From Octopus sinensis (lineage: Eukaryota): 64,000 nt of DNA. The translations under genes were made by a program, and so were the position numbers. Below are positions 63,651 through 64,000 of the stretch, in pieces. Under the pieces are notes generated by a model. It did no database searches. It was not told the origin of the DNA and saw only the letters and a list, made by a program, of their open reading frames with translations. The stretch spans positions 3,844,001 to 3,908,000 of the forward strand of contig NC_043021.1 in the NCBI RefSeq assembly GCF_006345805.1, in the 5' to 3' direction. Each line of letters starts with the position of its first letter. Within the stretch, counting starts at the first letter, position 1.

Positions 63651-64000
63651 CTACAAATGAGAAGAACGTTAGAATTAGTCTTGCACATCAGAAAGAGAAA
63701 AAAAAAGAAAAAGAAAAAAACTCCTCTTAATTGCTCAGGATATGTAGTCCCCTTAATCCCTCTTTAGCATTATAACCAGTCGTATCAGGACCTAATATTC
63801 TACATGCTTTATATTCAAATAGGGTAGATTTGATCTCTTGTACCTACCTTACAATGTCATTTTGAAAAATAGACAATCATATCAATGAAATCTTATAAGT
63901 ACAAGTTAATGCAGGATTAATTTGAAACCCTCTCTCTCTTTTGGAGAGGCACAAGCACCTACACGCACATATACACACACGGCAGTAACTTCCGCCTGCC

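Overview
AT-rich, microsatellite- and SINE-dense animal DNA. The repeat families and composition suggest a coleoid cephalopod, most likely Octopus (inference). The only host gene found is the 3' part of a RIMS-binding protein gene (RIMBP2/Rbp-like) on the minus strand. I reconstructed 12 GT-AG exons between 63650 and 16473 (2234 nt, about 744 codons, all phases compatible). They encode two FN3 domains, an acidic SELSDI-containing linker, two SH3 domains and a basic C-terminus; the 5' part of the gene lies beyond the window. The rest is intron, 3'UTR or intergenic DNA filled with at least four SINE families, TTAA (piggyBac-like) MITEs, mariner, hAT, Helitron/Helentron, RTE, CR1-like and Penelope-like remnants. 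Most notable observations: (i) several short fold-back or tail elements in or beside (TA)n tracts carry type-I hammerhead-ribozyme-like motifs, two of them flanking a Penelope-like RT fragment; (ii) a 383-bp TGT...ACA fold-back element with a 4-bp TSD; (iii) a 20x20-bp indel-free minisatellite built on a CRE palindrome that is decaying by CpG deamination; (iv) several candidate micro-exons and alternative splice sites; (v) inverted SINE pairs flanking SH3 exons. Nearly all ORF-track entries are microsatellite or SINE artefacts.
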